Part shown: in pieces, positions 43,402 through 57,600 of the stretch
Numbering within the stretch: the first letter of the stretch is position 1
Layout: the number at the start of each line of letters is the position of its first letter
From: Eledone cirrhosa
Lineage: Eukaryota
Reading direction: 5' to 3'
Length of the DNA: 64,000 nt
Assembly (NCBI GenBank): GCA_964016885.1
Contig: OZ024741.1
Coordinates: forward strand, 371,690,001 to 371,754,000
Notes under the pieces: model-generated
Told to the model about the DNA's origin: nothing
The model's input: the letters and a program-made list of their open reading frames with translations, nothing else
Database searches by the model: none
Translations under genes and position numbers: made by a program

Positions 43402-43463
43402 TATTTTATTATATATATTTTCAAGGGTATCAAAATTTTGGTACGCTTTCATCAGATAAAATA
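43402..43463 (-). ncRNA. Type I hammerhead ribozyme (diverged H2)
   Basis: UAUUUUAU-CUGAUGA-AAGcGUAcCAAA(AUU)UUGaUACcCUU-GAAA-AUAUAUA-UA-AUAAAAUA; perfect 8-bp stem I. Confidence 0.7.
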
Positions 43464-43530
43464 TAAAAAAAGGTTTTATAAATATTGACATATCCAAAAA
43501 CAAGAACTTATCGTTTTAAGTTCATTTTGG

Positions 43531-43591
<61 letters not shown>

Positions 43592-43667
43592 TACATATAT
43601 ATAATTGCGTTTTGGATGGACACGGACACACACCACACAGACGCACGCACACACACATATTATATAT

Positions 43668-43984
43668 ATTAATAATACATTACGAAGGGTAGATTTCATA
43701 ACTTGTTTCATTACGAAATAACATGTATTTCTGTGGAGAAATGGTTACTTCATAATACCAAATGGATTACCTAATGTGCTACCTGAAGACGACTTGTCAT
43801 GGATTGCGTCATGGTATCGGAGCATAATCATTTCACCACAGAAATATGTATTAGGTCGTCAAGTATCAAATTTGTAGAAATTTGTAGAAAAAAAAAAATT
43901 TCTACAAATTTCAGACTTGACGACCCAATATTATGGCGTAATTAAAGAAGTTATGAAATCTTGCCTTCGTATTGTATTATTAAT
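43668..43984. repeat. Nested inverted repeats forming a branched fold-back
   Basis: Outer arms 43668-43715 / 43937-43984 enclose hairpins 43721-43760 / 43812-43849 and 43849-43930. Confidence 0.7.
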
Positions 43985-45201
43985 GCATTAAACTCCGTCC
44001 CGCGCTACCGATATGATACCATACCATATCAAAATTGGTAGAATACACATAACGCCGAGTGCTTTTTCCTTATTACATTTAACTGAATGAAAAAGGAAAT
44101 GAATACAATATGGAAGTTAAAGATTTTCGTATTAACGGTTTTACTTATTCATGCATTACCATCGATTTCGTAGGCGTAAACACATCTAATTCTTTAGATA
44201 TGTTCTGAATAAGTAACGATAGATGATGTGGCTGCAGAGTGTGTTATAAATGTTTGGTTCAGGTAATGTGGGGGGAGTTTTGAATGGTCAGTGACATCAG
44301 TTTGTTCCACATTGTCGTCAATGTGTCTGAGAAGCAAGTATAGAAGAACTAATAAGTTGGTTTGTCTCTGCAGTCGGCGTATCTGATGTCCTTGTTGGAT
44401 TTCTGGAAGCTTCTTTTTCGTATTCGTGCATATCCTGGGGGCTGTCAATATTACATATATACCATGTGGTCTTTGTGGAATATCAGAGGCAGTGATTTGA
44501 TATTGGTTAAATAGGTGTTTCTCTGATGTTACCTTATATTGGTGAATCTAAATGAAACTCGTGGGTCACTACATTATTTGCAACCTCTCGATTAGACAAC
44601 GTTGACAATTGCTTGTCCCGAGAGAATAAGGAGACGCCAGATGAAAGACGTTTAATGTCATGTTGAAGATTAGGTTCCTTTGGTCTCGTTTCAAATAAAA
44701 CGAGACAGCGAGATGGAATTTTCCGTTCCTGTACTTGACGGAATACATAAGCTAAATGAATCTACTTCTTAAGCCTGTGTAGTTCGTCGGGATACCATCT
44801 AGTGTTAGGCAGTTTTATAGACCACGACATTTGAAAGGCAAGACCTCCCCAGAAGACAAGTGGCAAGGTTTCGATATCTGCACGTGGTGAGGTTTATGTG
44901 TTTTCTTATGTGGTAGTGTGCGGCGCTTGAAGAAAAACTATTTAGGCAGCAGCACCTAAACTTAAATTTACGGGAGTTGAAGACTTTATGGTATTGTAGT
45001 TAATACAAATACACATGTGTGTGTGTGAGAGAGAGAGAGAGAGTGTGTGTGGGAGTGTGGGAGTGTTGTGGAGGGGAGGGGCGTTAGAGATGAGGATATA
45101 AATGAATGAAAAGAACAATCACTGTGTAATGTAGAAGATAAATATATGCATGATCTGTTTATCTTATCCTTGCATTGCAATTGACTTCATTAGATGTGTG
45201 T

Positions 45202-45275
<74 letters not shown>

Positions 45276-45276
45276 G

Positions 45277-45334
<58 letters not shown>

Positions 45335-45341
<7 letters not shown>

Positions 45342-46890
45342 ATCATATGTGCGAGGAGTATCAGTGTGAATCAGGGAACCAGGATGTTGGGGAAAAGTGT
45401 GTTCGAAATGAGACCTGTCCACTTAGCCTCACTAGTGCGCAGAAGAAAGACGCTTGGAAACGCTATTATAAGAGGTTAATGAATGTAGAGAATGAATGAA
45501 AATAAGAGAGACTGCGCCTAGTCTATTTAGAAGAGGATCAAAATAGCTGCACCGTCATAGATAGTCACTGAAGTGCTGAAATCACCCGGTGAAGTAGGAG
45601 TCGAGCTAGTCACTCACATTGTCAATCAGGTAATACAGGATGAGGTTATACCCATTGACTGGCGTTGTAGTATAATCATTATTCGTGACAAGGGGAAAGG
45701 TAATGCTCTATAAAAGGGCAATTATAGAGACATAAAACTAATGGATTAGGTTGAGAGTGACTGAAAGAGACTTAGCACAACTAATTAAGATAAGAGTTAA
45801 ATTAGATGAGATCCAGTTTTTTTGTGTCACGGAGAAACACCGCAGATGATCTCATCTTAGTGAGATAACTAAAAGAGAAGTTCCCAGCTAAGTGCAAGCC
45901 GTTATGTCAAACTTTCATTGATCTGATGAAGGCCCTTGAGTCTTTATCACGATCTATCATCTAGAGCTCCTTAAAGAAGCTAGGTGTAGATGAGTGGCTT
46001 GTAAGAGCAGTAAAGTGAGAGTAGACAATGAGTTTAATGAGGAATTTAGTATGCAGGTAAGTTTTCACCAGGGCTTTATCCTCAATCCATTCCTGCTTAT
46101 ATGCTCCGTAAACTAAAGTTCTGGTAGGTAGAAAAGAAGACAAGACTCTGATCCCACCAGGCAGGTGTCCGTGCTCGATATGTAAAAAAGGAGTAAGTAG
46201 GAATTCTACACGATGTACGCAGTGTAAAACATGGGTACACAAGGTGTTCAGGAATATATGGTAGTAAAAACATTAAAGAAATACATTTTTTTCTAATCCT
46301 AACAGGATTCCATAGACGTAGTTGTTTGATTGTTACCTAGGTAACTTAATTAGTAGTGGAAGAAGTTGCATACTTGCTACAATAAGAACAGGACGGAAAA
46401 GGTTCGGGGAGCTACCATCTCTGTGGCCAACAAAATGTTTCTCTCTACTAACGAAAGGTCGACTCTATGATGCCTGCGCGCTGTGTGCAATGCTGCATGG
46501 TAGTGAGGTAGTGAGACATGGACAGTGAATGCTGGAGAGAAATGAAGCCAGCATGATTCGAGGGATGTGCCATGTTAATGGGAATGAATGACAAAGCATG
46601 GACTATTTGAAAACAAAACGGGATGTAAGAGGAAACAAGTCTAGTGTGCAAGAGAAAGCAATGCGGTGGTATGGACATGTGATGCATGTGGGTGATATTC
46701 GTTAGGTGTGAAATGACATTTAATTGGAAGAAAGCTACAGTAAAATAAGATGGAGGAAAACCTGGGCAGAAGTGATGAGAGCTAATCTCAAAAGTCTGTA
46801 ACTCACAAAGGAGATGACGAAAGAACACAAGTACAGAGATATGCTGGGAAAAACCGGTCAAGCTAATACAAGCATGGAAAAAGAACGGAA
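45335..46890 (+). pseudogene. Decayed RTE-clade LINE RT with an internal Cys-rich insert
   Basis: Across frameshifts: AWKRYYKRLMNVEN, KGKGNAL*KGNYRDIKLMD, FIDLMKA, LGVDEWLVRAV, HQGFILNPFL, CSICKKGV..CTQCKTWVH, YLGNLIS, LYDAC...MLHGSE, RWYGHVM. Confidence 0.8.
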
Positions 46891-47226
46891 AATGATTACA
46901 TACATACATACGTACACATATACATTCCAAAAATGTTGCATCTAATAACTGCATATACACATGTACACATACACCTCAAAACATACACATCCACACATAC
47001 AATAACATCCATATCTACACATGCATGCATACATAATCTACCTTGTTGATGTTATGTAAATTCCAATGAGAGAGTCTTGTGTCTATGTGAGAAACCGACT
47101 CTCTCTATTGGGAAAAAGTTTGGGAAATTATAAAACCAGAAGAACATACATACATACATACATACATACATACATACATACATACATACATACATACATA
47201 CATACATACATACATACATACATACA

Positions 47227-47402
47227 TCATGGCTGCATCTCAGGTTCGAGAATTGCCCATCCCCTGACCTTTTTCTCATACATCGGTAGCACGAACATGA
47301 ATTGTTAGCCCTGCCGAGGACTTAGATTCCTTTCTGCGTATGTTGCAGTAAAAGAAAAAAGAAAAAGCCATACTCAAGCAACTCACGTGAAAATCATTTA
47401 GA
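47227..47402 (-). mobile_element. Very short RTE 3' end between (CATA)n arrays
   Basis: Degenerate finger YCNI..KSSAGLTIHVR; terminal CTC-GAACCT-GAG hairpin followed by GCAGCCATGAT(GTAT)n. Confidence 0.65.
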
Positions 47403-47965
47403 ACATACATACATACATACATACATACATACATACATACATACATACATACATACATACATACATACATACATACATACCTCAGTACAAATCTTGAGAA
47501 GCTGGGCAGAAACAAAAAGAACACGACTAATTAGGAAATTACAAGTACAATCCATTAATGGAACAGTAAAAATATGTAAAACATTCCAACTCTCTCTATT
47601 GGTAAAACAATTTATATTATAAAACTAGAAGAACATACATACCTACATATTTAACTTTGTATACAGGTCCAACAGGAGACAGGTAGGCCTGTGAACATGA
47701 ACCCAGGATTTTGATGAGGCCTATTCGCCTCAAATTTTAGTTCATTCATTCTGATTTGTTACATATATATACCCTACATGTATGCGCTAATGATCTATAG
47801 GTTAATCGAATGAATTTAGCACTTATTACTAAAATAATTAATGGCCATTTTGAATGGAGGCGTCATTTCATATCTGGTCGAAACTAATAACCAGCTTTGG
47901 ATGTCTACAATTTACATTTTACATGCATTGTTAACAGTTTGGTATGGAACCACACACACACACAC

Positions 47966-48061
<96 letters not shown>

Positions 48062-48334
48062 GTGTGTGTGTGTGTATATATAGTGAAAATTGGAACGGGA
48101 ACAAAACTGAGAGGTAGTACAAACAAAGGTTTATTAGTTTCGATATATATATATATATATATTTCGATTTCATTTTTTTCCTTTATATATATATATATAT
48201 ATGGGTCCAGAGAGAGAGAGACAGCTGTGTGTGTGTGTGGGGGGGGGGGGTGATTGGGTGTTGGTTTTGTTTTATTTTAAAAAGATTTCACTAATGCAGG
48301 ATCTTTCACTGGAATGGATCACAAACTTGGAAGT

Positions 48335-48374
<40 letters not shown>

Positions 48375-48378
<4 letters not shown>

Positions 48379-48666
48379 CAGCATGCCCCTCCCAAAGTAT
48401 AACAATATATATATGTTATATATATATATATATAATTATGTAATAAACAACATAATTCAATTATTCCATTTACCAAAGGTTTCACGAAGCCAGACGAGCT
48501 CAACAGGGACGTCTGATGAGCGATTTCAGACGTCTCTGTTGAGCTTGTCTGTCTTCGTGAAACCTTTGGTAAATGGAATAATTGTCTTATGTTGTTTATT
48601 ACATAATTAAATAGCTCTGTGGCATACATAGACCACTCTCCTTTCCTTTACCCTCCCTACGGAAAT

Positions 48667-48670
<4 letters not shown>
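48375..48670. mobile_element. 35-bp PLE terminus plus fold-back remnant in (TA)n
   Basis: TTGGCAGCATGCCCCTCCCAAAGTATAACAA matches the 32930 terminus. Palindrome 48433-48516 / 48526-48609 with a 60-nt tail. Confidence 0.6.
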
Positions 48671-48722
<52 letters not shown>

Positions 48723-49161
48723 AACGTCCAATTGTTTGATCTGAAAAAAAAACCTATTTGGCTTAACAAACAAAGTGTCTGAATATTCCACAGACACGTG
48801 TACCTATAACGTAATCCTCAAGTAGAATGCACGTACCCCTGCGCCAATGCTGGACTTTTCAATTATCGTAATAGTCTATCTGATGGGCTTGCACATCTAC
48901 CCAATTTCACTTACGAGGTTTGTTTCAACCCGGGGAAACAGTAAAAGAAACTTGCCCATGAAACCACGAAATGGAACCAAATCTGGGACCTCATTATTGT
49001 GAAGCAAATTTCTTAACCACTCGGCCATACTTGTGTGTATATATATATATACGTGTATGTGTGTTTGAGTGTGTGTACGTGTGTGTGCTTGTGCGTGTGT
49101 GTATGCACGTGCATGTGTGCCTGTGTGAGTGTGTGCTTGTGCGCCTGTGTATGTGCATGGT

Positions 49162-49195
<34 letters not shown>

Positions 49196-49212
49196 TGTAC
49201 GCCCGAACATGT

Positions 49213-49279
<67 letters not shown>

Positions 49280-49479
49280 CCCGAACATGTGTGTGTGTAG
49301 CATATCTTCAGCAAGTTGGGGGACAGCTATACATACAAAAGACAAAAAGTGACAGTTTTATCTCTCTGCAATGCAGCTTTAGCTGGGCTTCTACGAAGTT
49401 GCATCTCGTAGGAGGTTTCTTGGATGTTTTAGTAATAGATGGTCATGACTGGAACACTTTTGATTATATTTATATTTAG

Positions 49480-49730
49480 TAAGGGCCGCCAACATGTGTC
49501 TAGCATCATGTGCAAGCGTCGCACTTATTTGTTGGTTTGGACAAGTCACGTGACTTCCAAATGCAAGACATGCTAATGAGGTCCTGTATTGGTACCACCA
49601 TGGAAGAAGATGTCCCAAGATGAACTGGTGGCAGACAATCGACAGAGACATGAAACCCGTCTACAAATTTGAAACTATGTATTGATAGCAGACCTGTCAA
49701 CTCTCTTCGTCAGACTGGGAGATCACCCAC
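49480..49730 (+). pseudogene. Decayed LINE (RTE-like) C-terminal fragment
   Basis: WTSHV..RHANEVLYW..GRRCPKMNWWQTIDRD resembles W.GH..R....L.W...GRP..TW...I..D. Confidence 0.4.
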
Positions 49731-50566
49731 CCTCTTTGGGGTGGATGAAAGATGTCTTCTCTTGTGAAAATGGGTATAGCTTTCATTATGTAATATCTCC
49801 TCATTTTGCCTAATTTCTCCCCGTTTTGGAACTCTTTCTTTCATGGTACTCCCCGTTTGGCTTTTTAGAGGTTGGCAGGTCTCTAACAGATGCAACTGAC
49901 CTTGGCTATTGGAACACTTTGGTTGCCACATACATCTCAAGAGGCACGAGCTTCTAAGTTTAAGTCTAAGTAAGGACTGATCTAGGGCTAAACAGTTACA
50001 ACAAACACAACAACGAGCTTCTAAGTTTAAGTCTAAGGAAGGACTGACCTAGGGCTAAACAGCTGCAACAAACACAACAAGTAAAACAGCAATAATTACA
50101 ATACCGGCTATAATATTAACTGTAACACTAACAACAACAACCGCATGAACATTAACAGTAGCAAATAAATAGCTATTATTTTCCTTATGACGATAATAGA
50201 GTTAGTTTTACGATACAAGTAGCATTAATTAACAAGTAATTTAAATCACACACATTAATCAAAGATTAATCAAGAAAAATTAATTAGTCTTCTGCTAGCT
50301 TGAAATTTAATTAAAATGCCTTTCTAAATGGGTTTATTTTCAGTTGTGGTTGTGTGTGGTGGAAAGACATTAGTTCGCATTTGGTGGTGAGTGGGAGGGG
50401 GCGAGCAGTTAATAAAGGATTCACATAAGTGGAAAACCTATAATCGCAGAAGAATAAACATTGTCAAAGAGGGATTAGCAATTTCATATTGTATTATACA
50501 CCACGAGGTCTACTTATTAGGGTCTTGATAACCGCAGAGAGGTTAGCATTATTAGAGGAACTGGGT

Positions 50567-50755
50567 GGTGGATTGGCAGTATCGGTAGAGGGTCTGACGC
50601 CATGCTTTGCAGCAAAGAGTTACGGCCCTTTGTGGTCTGAGTTCAAATCCCGCCGAGGTCAACTTTGCTTTCATCCTTACGGGTTCGATAAAATAAAGTA
50701 CCAGTAATGTACTGGAATAATTGCTGGCTTGGCGCCAAAAGTAGAAACAATTATT
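50567..50755 (+). mobile_element. SINE S1
   Basis: Match to S1. Confidence 0.85.
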
Positions 50756-51001
50756 AGAGTAACTGGCAATCACAAAAAAAGTATAGCACTTTGACACCCT
50801 TACTGTGCACAAACGTGTCACCAGTTTAAAGGTCTAACCATTTCAGAAAGATAAGCATTAATAAAGTAACTGACAACAACAGACTTGACAGTATTTTAAA
50901 GGTCTTCGTAAGTAAAAGAATGTTATGTTCATATGCGCCTAGCAAGCACAAAGAGGTGCGCATTAATCGAATAACTGGAAACTACAGAAGGTCCAGAACT
51001 G

Positions 51002-51639
51002 GCGTTATTTGGAGTCTAACAACTACGTAACAGACATAACTAGCGTTATTTGGAGTCTAACAACTACATATCAGCCATAACTAGCGTTATTTGGTGTCTA
51101 ACAACTACATAACAACCATAATTAGCGTTATTAGGTGTCTAACAACTACATAGCAGCCATAACTAGAGTTATTTGAAGTCTAACAACTACATATCAGACA
51201 TAACTAGCGTTATTAGGTGTCTCACAGCTACATAACAGCCATAACTACCATTATTAGGTGTCTAACAACTACATAACAGCCATAACTAGCGTTATTAGGT
51301 GTCTAACAACTACATAACAGCCATAACTAGCGTTATTTGGAGTCTAACAACTACATAACAGCCATAACTAGCGTTATTAGGTGTCTAACAACTACATAAC
51401 AGCCATAATTAGCGTTATTAGGTGTCTAACAACTACATAGCAGCCATAACTAGCGTTATTGGGTGTCTAACAACTACATAACAGCCATAACTAGCGTTAT
51501 TAGGTGTCTAACAACTACATAACAGCCATAACTAGCGTTGTTAGGTGTCTAACAACTACATATCAGACATAACTAGCGTTATTAGGTGTCTAACAACTAC
51601 ATAACAGCCATAACTAGCGTTATTAGGTGTCTAACAACT
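51002..51639 (+). repeat. 41-bp minisatellite, ~15.5 copies
   Basis: GCGTTATTAGGTGTCTAACAACTACATAACAGCCATAACTA; period 41 (51002 to 51043). Confidence 0.95.
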
Positions 51640-54600
51640 GTATAGTGGACAACGTTATTAGGAGTCTGACAATTGTATAGTGGACAACGTTAATGGGAGT
51701 CTAACAACTGTATAATGACAACGTTATTAGGAGTCTGACAACTGTATAGTGGACAACGTTATTAGGAGTCTAACAACTGTATAGTGGACAACGTTGTTAG
51801 GAGTCTAACAACTGAATAGTGGACAACGTTATTAGGAGTCTCACAACTGTATAGTGGACAACGTTGTTAGGAGTCTGACAACTGTATAGTGGACAACGTT
51901 ATTAGGAGTCTAACAACTGTATAGTGGACAACGTTGTTAGGAGTCTAACAACTGTATAGTGGACAAAGTTGTTAGGAGTCTAACAACTGAATAGTGAACA
52001 ACGTTATTAGGAGTCTGACAACTGTATAGTGGACAACGTTGTTAGGAGTCTAACAACTGTATAGTGGACAACGTTGTTAGGAGTCTAACAACTGTAGAGT
52101 GGACAACGTTATAAGGAGTCTAACAACGGTATAGTGGACAACGTTATTAGGAGTCTAACAACTGTATAGTGAACAACGTTATTAGGAGTCTGACAACTGT
52201 ATAGTGAACAACGTTATTAGGAGTCTGACAACTGTATAGTGGACAACGTTATTAGGAGTTTGACAACTGTATAGTGAACAACGTTATTAGGAGTCTGACA
52301 ACTGTATAGTGGACAACGTTATTATGAGTCTGACAACTGTATAGTGGACAACGTTATTAGGAGTCTGACAACTGTATAGTGAACAACGTTATTAGGAGTC
52401 TGACAACTGTATAGTGAACAACGTTATTAGGAGTCTGACAACTGTATAGTGGATTACGTTATTATGAGTCTGACAACTGTATAGTGGACAACGTTGTTAG
52501 GAGTCTAACAACTGAATAGTGGACAACGTTATTAGGAGTCTCACAACTGTATAGTGGACAACGTTGTTAGGAGTCTGACAACTGTATAGTGGACAACGTT
52601 ATAAGGAGTCTAACAACGGTATAGTGGTCAACGTTATTAGGAGTCTGACAACTGTATAGTGGACAACGTTATTAGGAGTCTGACAACTGTATAGTGGACA
52701 ACGTAATTAGGAGTCTGACAACTGTATAGTGGACAACGTTATTAGGAGTCTGACAACTGTATAGTGGACAACGTTGTTAGGAGTCTAACAACTGTATAGT
52801 GGACAACGTTATTAGGAGTCTGACAACTGTATAGTGGACAACGTTATTAGTAGTCTGACAGCTGTAGAGTGGACAACGTTATTATGAGTCTAACAACTGT
52901 ATAGTGGACAACGTTATTAGGAGTCTAACAACTGTATAGTGGACTACGTTATTAGGAGTCTGACAACTGTATAGTGGATTACGTTATTATGAGTCTGACA
53001 ACTGTAGAGTGGACAACGTTGTTAGGATTCTGACCACTGTATAGTGGACAACGTTATTAGGTGTCTGACAACTGTATAGTGGACAACGTTATAAGAAGTT
53101 TGACAACTGTAGAGTGGACAACGTTGTTAGGAGTCTAACAACTGTATAGTGGACAACGTTGTTAGGAGTCTAACAGCTGTATAGTGGACAACGTTATTAG
53201 GAGTCTGACAACTGTATAGTGGACAACGTTATAAGAAGTTTGACAACTGTAGAGTGGACAACGTTGTTAGGAATCTGACAACTGTATAGTGAACAACGTT
53301 GTTAGGAGTCTAACAAATGTATAGAGGACAACGTTATTAGGTGTCTAACAACTGTATAGTGGACAACGTTATTAGGAGTCTAACAACTGTATAGTGGACA
53401 ACGTTGTTAGGAGCCTAACAACTGTATAATGGAGATCGTTGTTAGGAGTCTAACAACTGTATAGTGGACAACGTTGTTAGGAGTCTGACAACTGTATAGT
53501 GGACAACGTTGTTAGGAGTCTGACAAATGTAGAGTGGACAACGTTGTTAGGAGTCTGACAACTGGAGAGTGGACAACGTTGTTAGGAGTCTAACAACTGT
53601 ATAGTGGACAACGTTGTTAGGAGTCTGACAACTGTATAGTGGACAACGTTATTAGGAGTCTAACAACTGTATAGTGGACAACGTTGTTAGGAGCCTAACA
53701 ACTGTATAGTGGACAACGTTATTAGGAGTCTGACAACTGTATAGTGGACTACGTTATTAGGAGTCTGACAACTGTAGAGTGGACAACGTTGTTAGGATTC
53801 TGACGACTGTATAGTGGACAACATTGTTAGGAGTCTAACAACTGTATAGTGGACAACGTTATTAGGAGTCTGACAACTGTATAGTGGACAACGTTATAAG
53901 AAGTTTGACAACTGTAGAGTGGACAACGTTGTTAGGAATCTGACAACTGTATAGTGGACAACATTGTTAGTAGTCTAACAACTGTATAGTGTACAACGTT
54001 ATTAGGAGTCTAACAACTTTATAGTGGAGATCGTTGTTAGGAGTCTAACAAATGTATAGAGGACAACGTTATTAGGAGTCTAACAACTCTATAGTGTACA
54101 ACGTTGTTAGGAGCCTAACAACTGTATAGTGGAGATCGTTGTTAGGAGTCTAACAACTGTATAGTGGACAACGTTGTTAGGAGTCTGACAACTGTATAGT
54201 GGACAACGTTATTAGGATTCTAACAACTGTATAGTGGACAACGTTGTTAGGAGCCTAACAACTGTATAGTGGAGATCGTTGTTAGGAGTCTAACAACTGT
54301 ATAGTGGGCAACGTTGTTAGGAGTCTGACAACTGTATAGTGGACAACGTTGTTAGGAGTCTGACAACTGTATAGTGGACAACGTTGTTAGGAGTCTGACA
54401 ACTGTATGGTGGACAACGTTATTAGGAGTCTAACAACTGTATAGTGGACAACGTTATTAGGAGTCTGACAACTGTATAGTGGACAACGTTATTAGGAGTC
54501 TAACAACTGTATAGTGGACAACGTTATTAGGAGTCTGACAACTGTATAGTGGACAACTTTATTAGGAGTCTAACAACTGTATAGTGGACAACGTTATTAG

Positions 54601-57600
54601 GAGTCTAACAACTGTATAGTGGATAACGTTGTTAGGAGTCTAACAACTGTAGAGTGGACCACGCTGTTAGGTGTCTAACAACTGTATAGTGGACAACGTT
54701 GTTAGGAGTCTGACAACTGTATAGTGGACAACGTTATTAGGAATCTGACAACTGTATAGTGGACAACGTTATTAGGAGTCTTACAACTATGTAGTGGACA
54801 ACGTTATTAGGAGTCTAACAACTGTATAGTGGACAACGTTGTTAGGAGTCTGACAACTGTATAGTGGACAACGTTATTAGGAGTCTAACAACTGTGTAGT
54901 GGACAACGTTATTAGGAGTCTAACAACTGTATAGTGGACAATGTTATTAGGAGTCTAACAACTGTATAGTGGACACCGTTATTAGGAGTCTAACAACTGT
55001 ATTGTGGACAACGTTATTAGGAGTCTGACAACTGTATAGTGGACAACGTAATTAGGAGTCTAACAACTGTATAGTGGACAAGGTTGTTAGGAGCCTAACA
55101 ACTGTATAGTGGAGATCGTTGTTAGGAGTCTAACAACTGTATAGTGGACAACGTTGTTAGGAGTCTGACAGCTGTATAGTGGACAACGTTGTTAGGAGTC
55201 TAACAACTGTATAGTGGACAACGTTGTTAGGAGCCTAACAACTGTATAGTGGAGATCGTTGTTAGGAGTCTAACAACTGTATAGTGGACAACGTTATTAG
55301 GAGTCTGACAACTGTATATTGGACAACGTTATTAGGAGTCTGACAACTGTATAGTGGACAACGTAATTAGGAGTCTAACAACTGTATAGTGGACAACGTT
55401 GTTAGGAGCCTAACAACTGTATAGTGGAGATCGTTGTTAGGAGTCTAACAACTGTATAGTGGACAACGTTGTTATGAGTCTGACAACTGTATAGTGGACA
55501 ACGTTATTAGGAGTCTAACAACTGTATAGTGGACAACGTTGTTAGGAGCCTAACAACTGTATAGTGGACAACGTTATTAGGAGTCTGACAACTGTAGAGT
55601 GGACAACGTTGTTAGGATTCTGACGACTGTATAGTGGACAACGTTGTTAGGAGTCTAACAACTGTATAGTGGACAACGTTGTTAGGAATCTGACAACTGT
55701 ATAGTGAACAACGTTGTTAGGAGTCTGACAACTGGAGAGTGGACAACGTTGTTAGGAGTCTGACAACTGTATAGTGGACAACGTTATTAGGAGTCTGACA
55801 ACTGTATAGTGGACAACGTTGTTAGGAGCCTAACAACTGTATAGTGGAGATCGTTGTTAGGAGTCTAACAACTGTATAGTGGACAACGTTGTTATGAGTC
55901 TGACAACTGTATAGTGGACAACGTTATTAGGAGTCTGACAACTGTATAGTGGACAACGTTATAAGAAGTTTGACAACTGTAGAGTGGACAACGTTGTTAG
56001 GAATCTGACAACTGTATAGTGAACAACGTTGTTAGGAGTCTGACAACTGGAGAGTGGACAACGTTGTTAGGAGTCTAACAACTGTATAGTGGACAACGTT
56101 ATTAGGAGTCTTACAACTATGTAGTGGACAACGTTATTAGGAGTCTAACAACTGTATAGTGGACAACGTTGTTAGGAGTCTGACAAGTGTATAGTGGACA
56201 ACGTTATTAGGAGTCTAACAATTGTGTAGTGGACAACGTTATTAGGAGTCTAACAACTGTATAGTGGACAATGTTATTAGGAGTCTAACAACTGTATAGT
56301 GGACACCGTTATTAGGAGTCTAACAACTGTATAGTGGACAACGTTATTAGGAGTCTGACAACTGTATAGTGGACAACGTTATTAGGAGTCTGACAACTGT
56401 ATAGTGGACAACGTTATTAGGAGTCTAACAACTGTGTAGTGGACAACGTTATTAGGAGTCTAACAACTGTATAGTGGACAACGTTGTTAGGAGTCTAACA
56501 ACTGTATTGTGGACAACGTTATTAGGAGTCTGACAACTGTATAGTGGACAACGTAATTAGGAGTCTAACAACTGTATAGTGGACAAGGTTGTTAGGAGCC
56601 TAACAACTGTATAGTGGAGATCGTTGTTAGGAGTCTAACAACTGTATAGTGGACAACGTTGTTAGGAGTCTGACAACTGTATAGTGGACAACGTTGTTAG
56701 GAGTCTAACAACTGTATAGTGGACAACGTTGTTAGGAGCCTAACAACTGTATAGTGGAAATCGTTGTTAGGAGTCTAACAACTGTATAGTGGACAACGTT
56801 ATTAGGAGTCTGACAACTGTATATTGGACAACGTTATTAGGAGTCTGACAACTGTATAGTGGACAACGTAATTAGGAGTCTAACAACTGTATAGTGGACA
56901 ACGTTGTTAGGAGCCTAACAACTGTATAGTGGAGATCGTTGTTAGGAGTCTAACAACTGTATAGTGGACAACGTTGTTATGAGTCTGACAACTGTATAGT
57001 GGACAACGTTATTAGGAGTCTAACAACTGTATAGTGGACAACGTTGTTAGGAGCCTAACAACTGTATAGTGGACAACGTTATTAGGAGTCTGACAACTGT
57101 ATAGTGGACTACGTTATTAGGAGTCTGACAACTGTAGAGTGGACAAAGTTGTTAGGATTCTGACGACTGTATAGTGGACAACGTTGTTAGGAGTCTAACA
57201 ACTGTATAGTGGACAACGTTGTTAGGAATCTGACAACTGTATAGTGAACAACGTTGTTAGGAGTCTGACAAGTGGAGAGTGGACAACGTTGTTAGGAGTC
57301 TGACAACTGTATAGTGGACAACGTTATTAGGAGTCTGACAACTGTATAGTGGACAACGTTGTTAGGAGTCTGACAACTGTATAGTGGACAACGTAATTAG
57401 GAGTCTAACAACTGTATAGTGGACAACGTTGTTAGGAGCCTAACAACTGTATAGTGGAGATCGTTGTTAGGAGTCTGACAACTGTATAGTGGACAACGTT
57501 ATTAGTAGCCTGACAGCTGTAGAGTGGACAACGTTATTATGAGTCTAACAACTGTATAGTGGACAACGTTATTAGGAGTCTCACAACTGTATAGTGGACA

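Noticed and set aside
44194-44950. Non-repetitive-looking segment with an 84-aa ORF as a possible host exon
   Set aside because: No recognisable motif or splice support; it cannot be distinguished from old TE decay without a search.
48512-48575. Hammerhead using CTGATGA at the palindrome centre and GAAAC-CTTTG-GTA
   Set aside because: No consistent stems I and II link the two halves; recorded only as a fold-back remnant.
49947-50080. ~66-bp direct duplication (a ~45-bp one also lies at 3730-3819)
   Set aside because: Ordinary local slippage duplications with no further structure.
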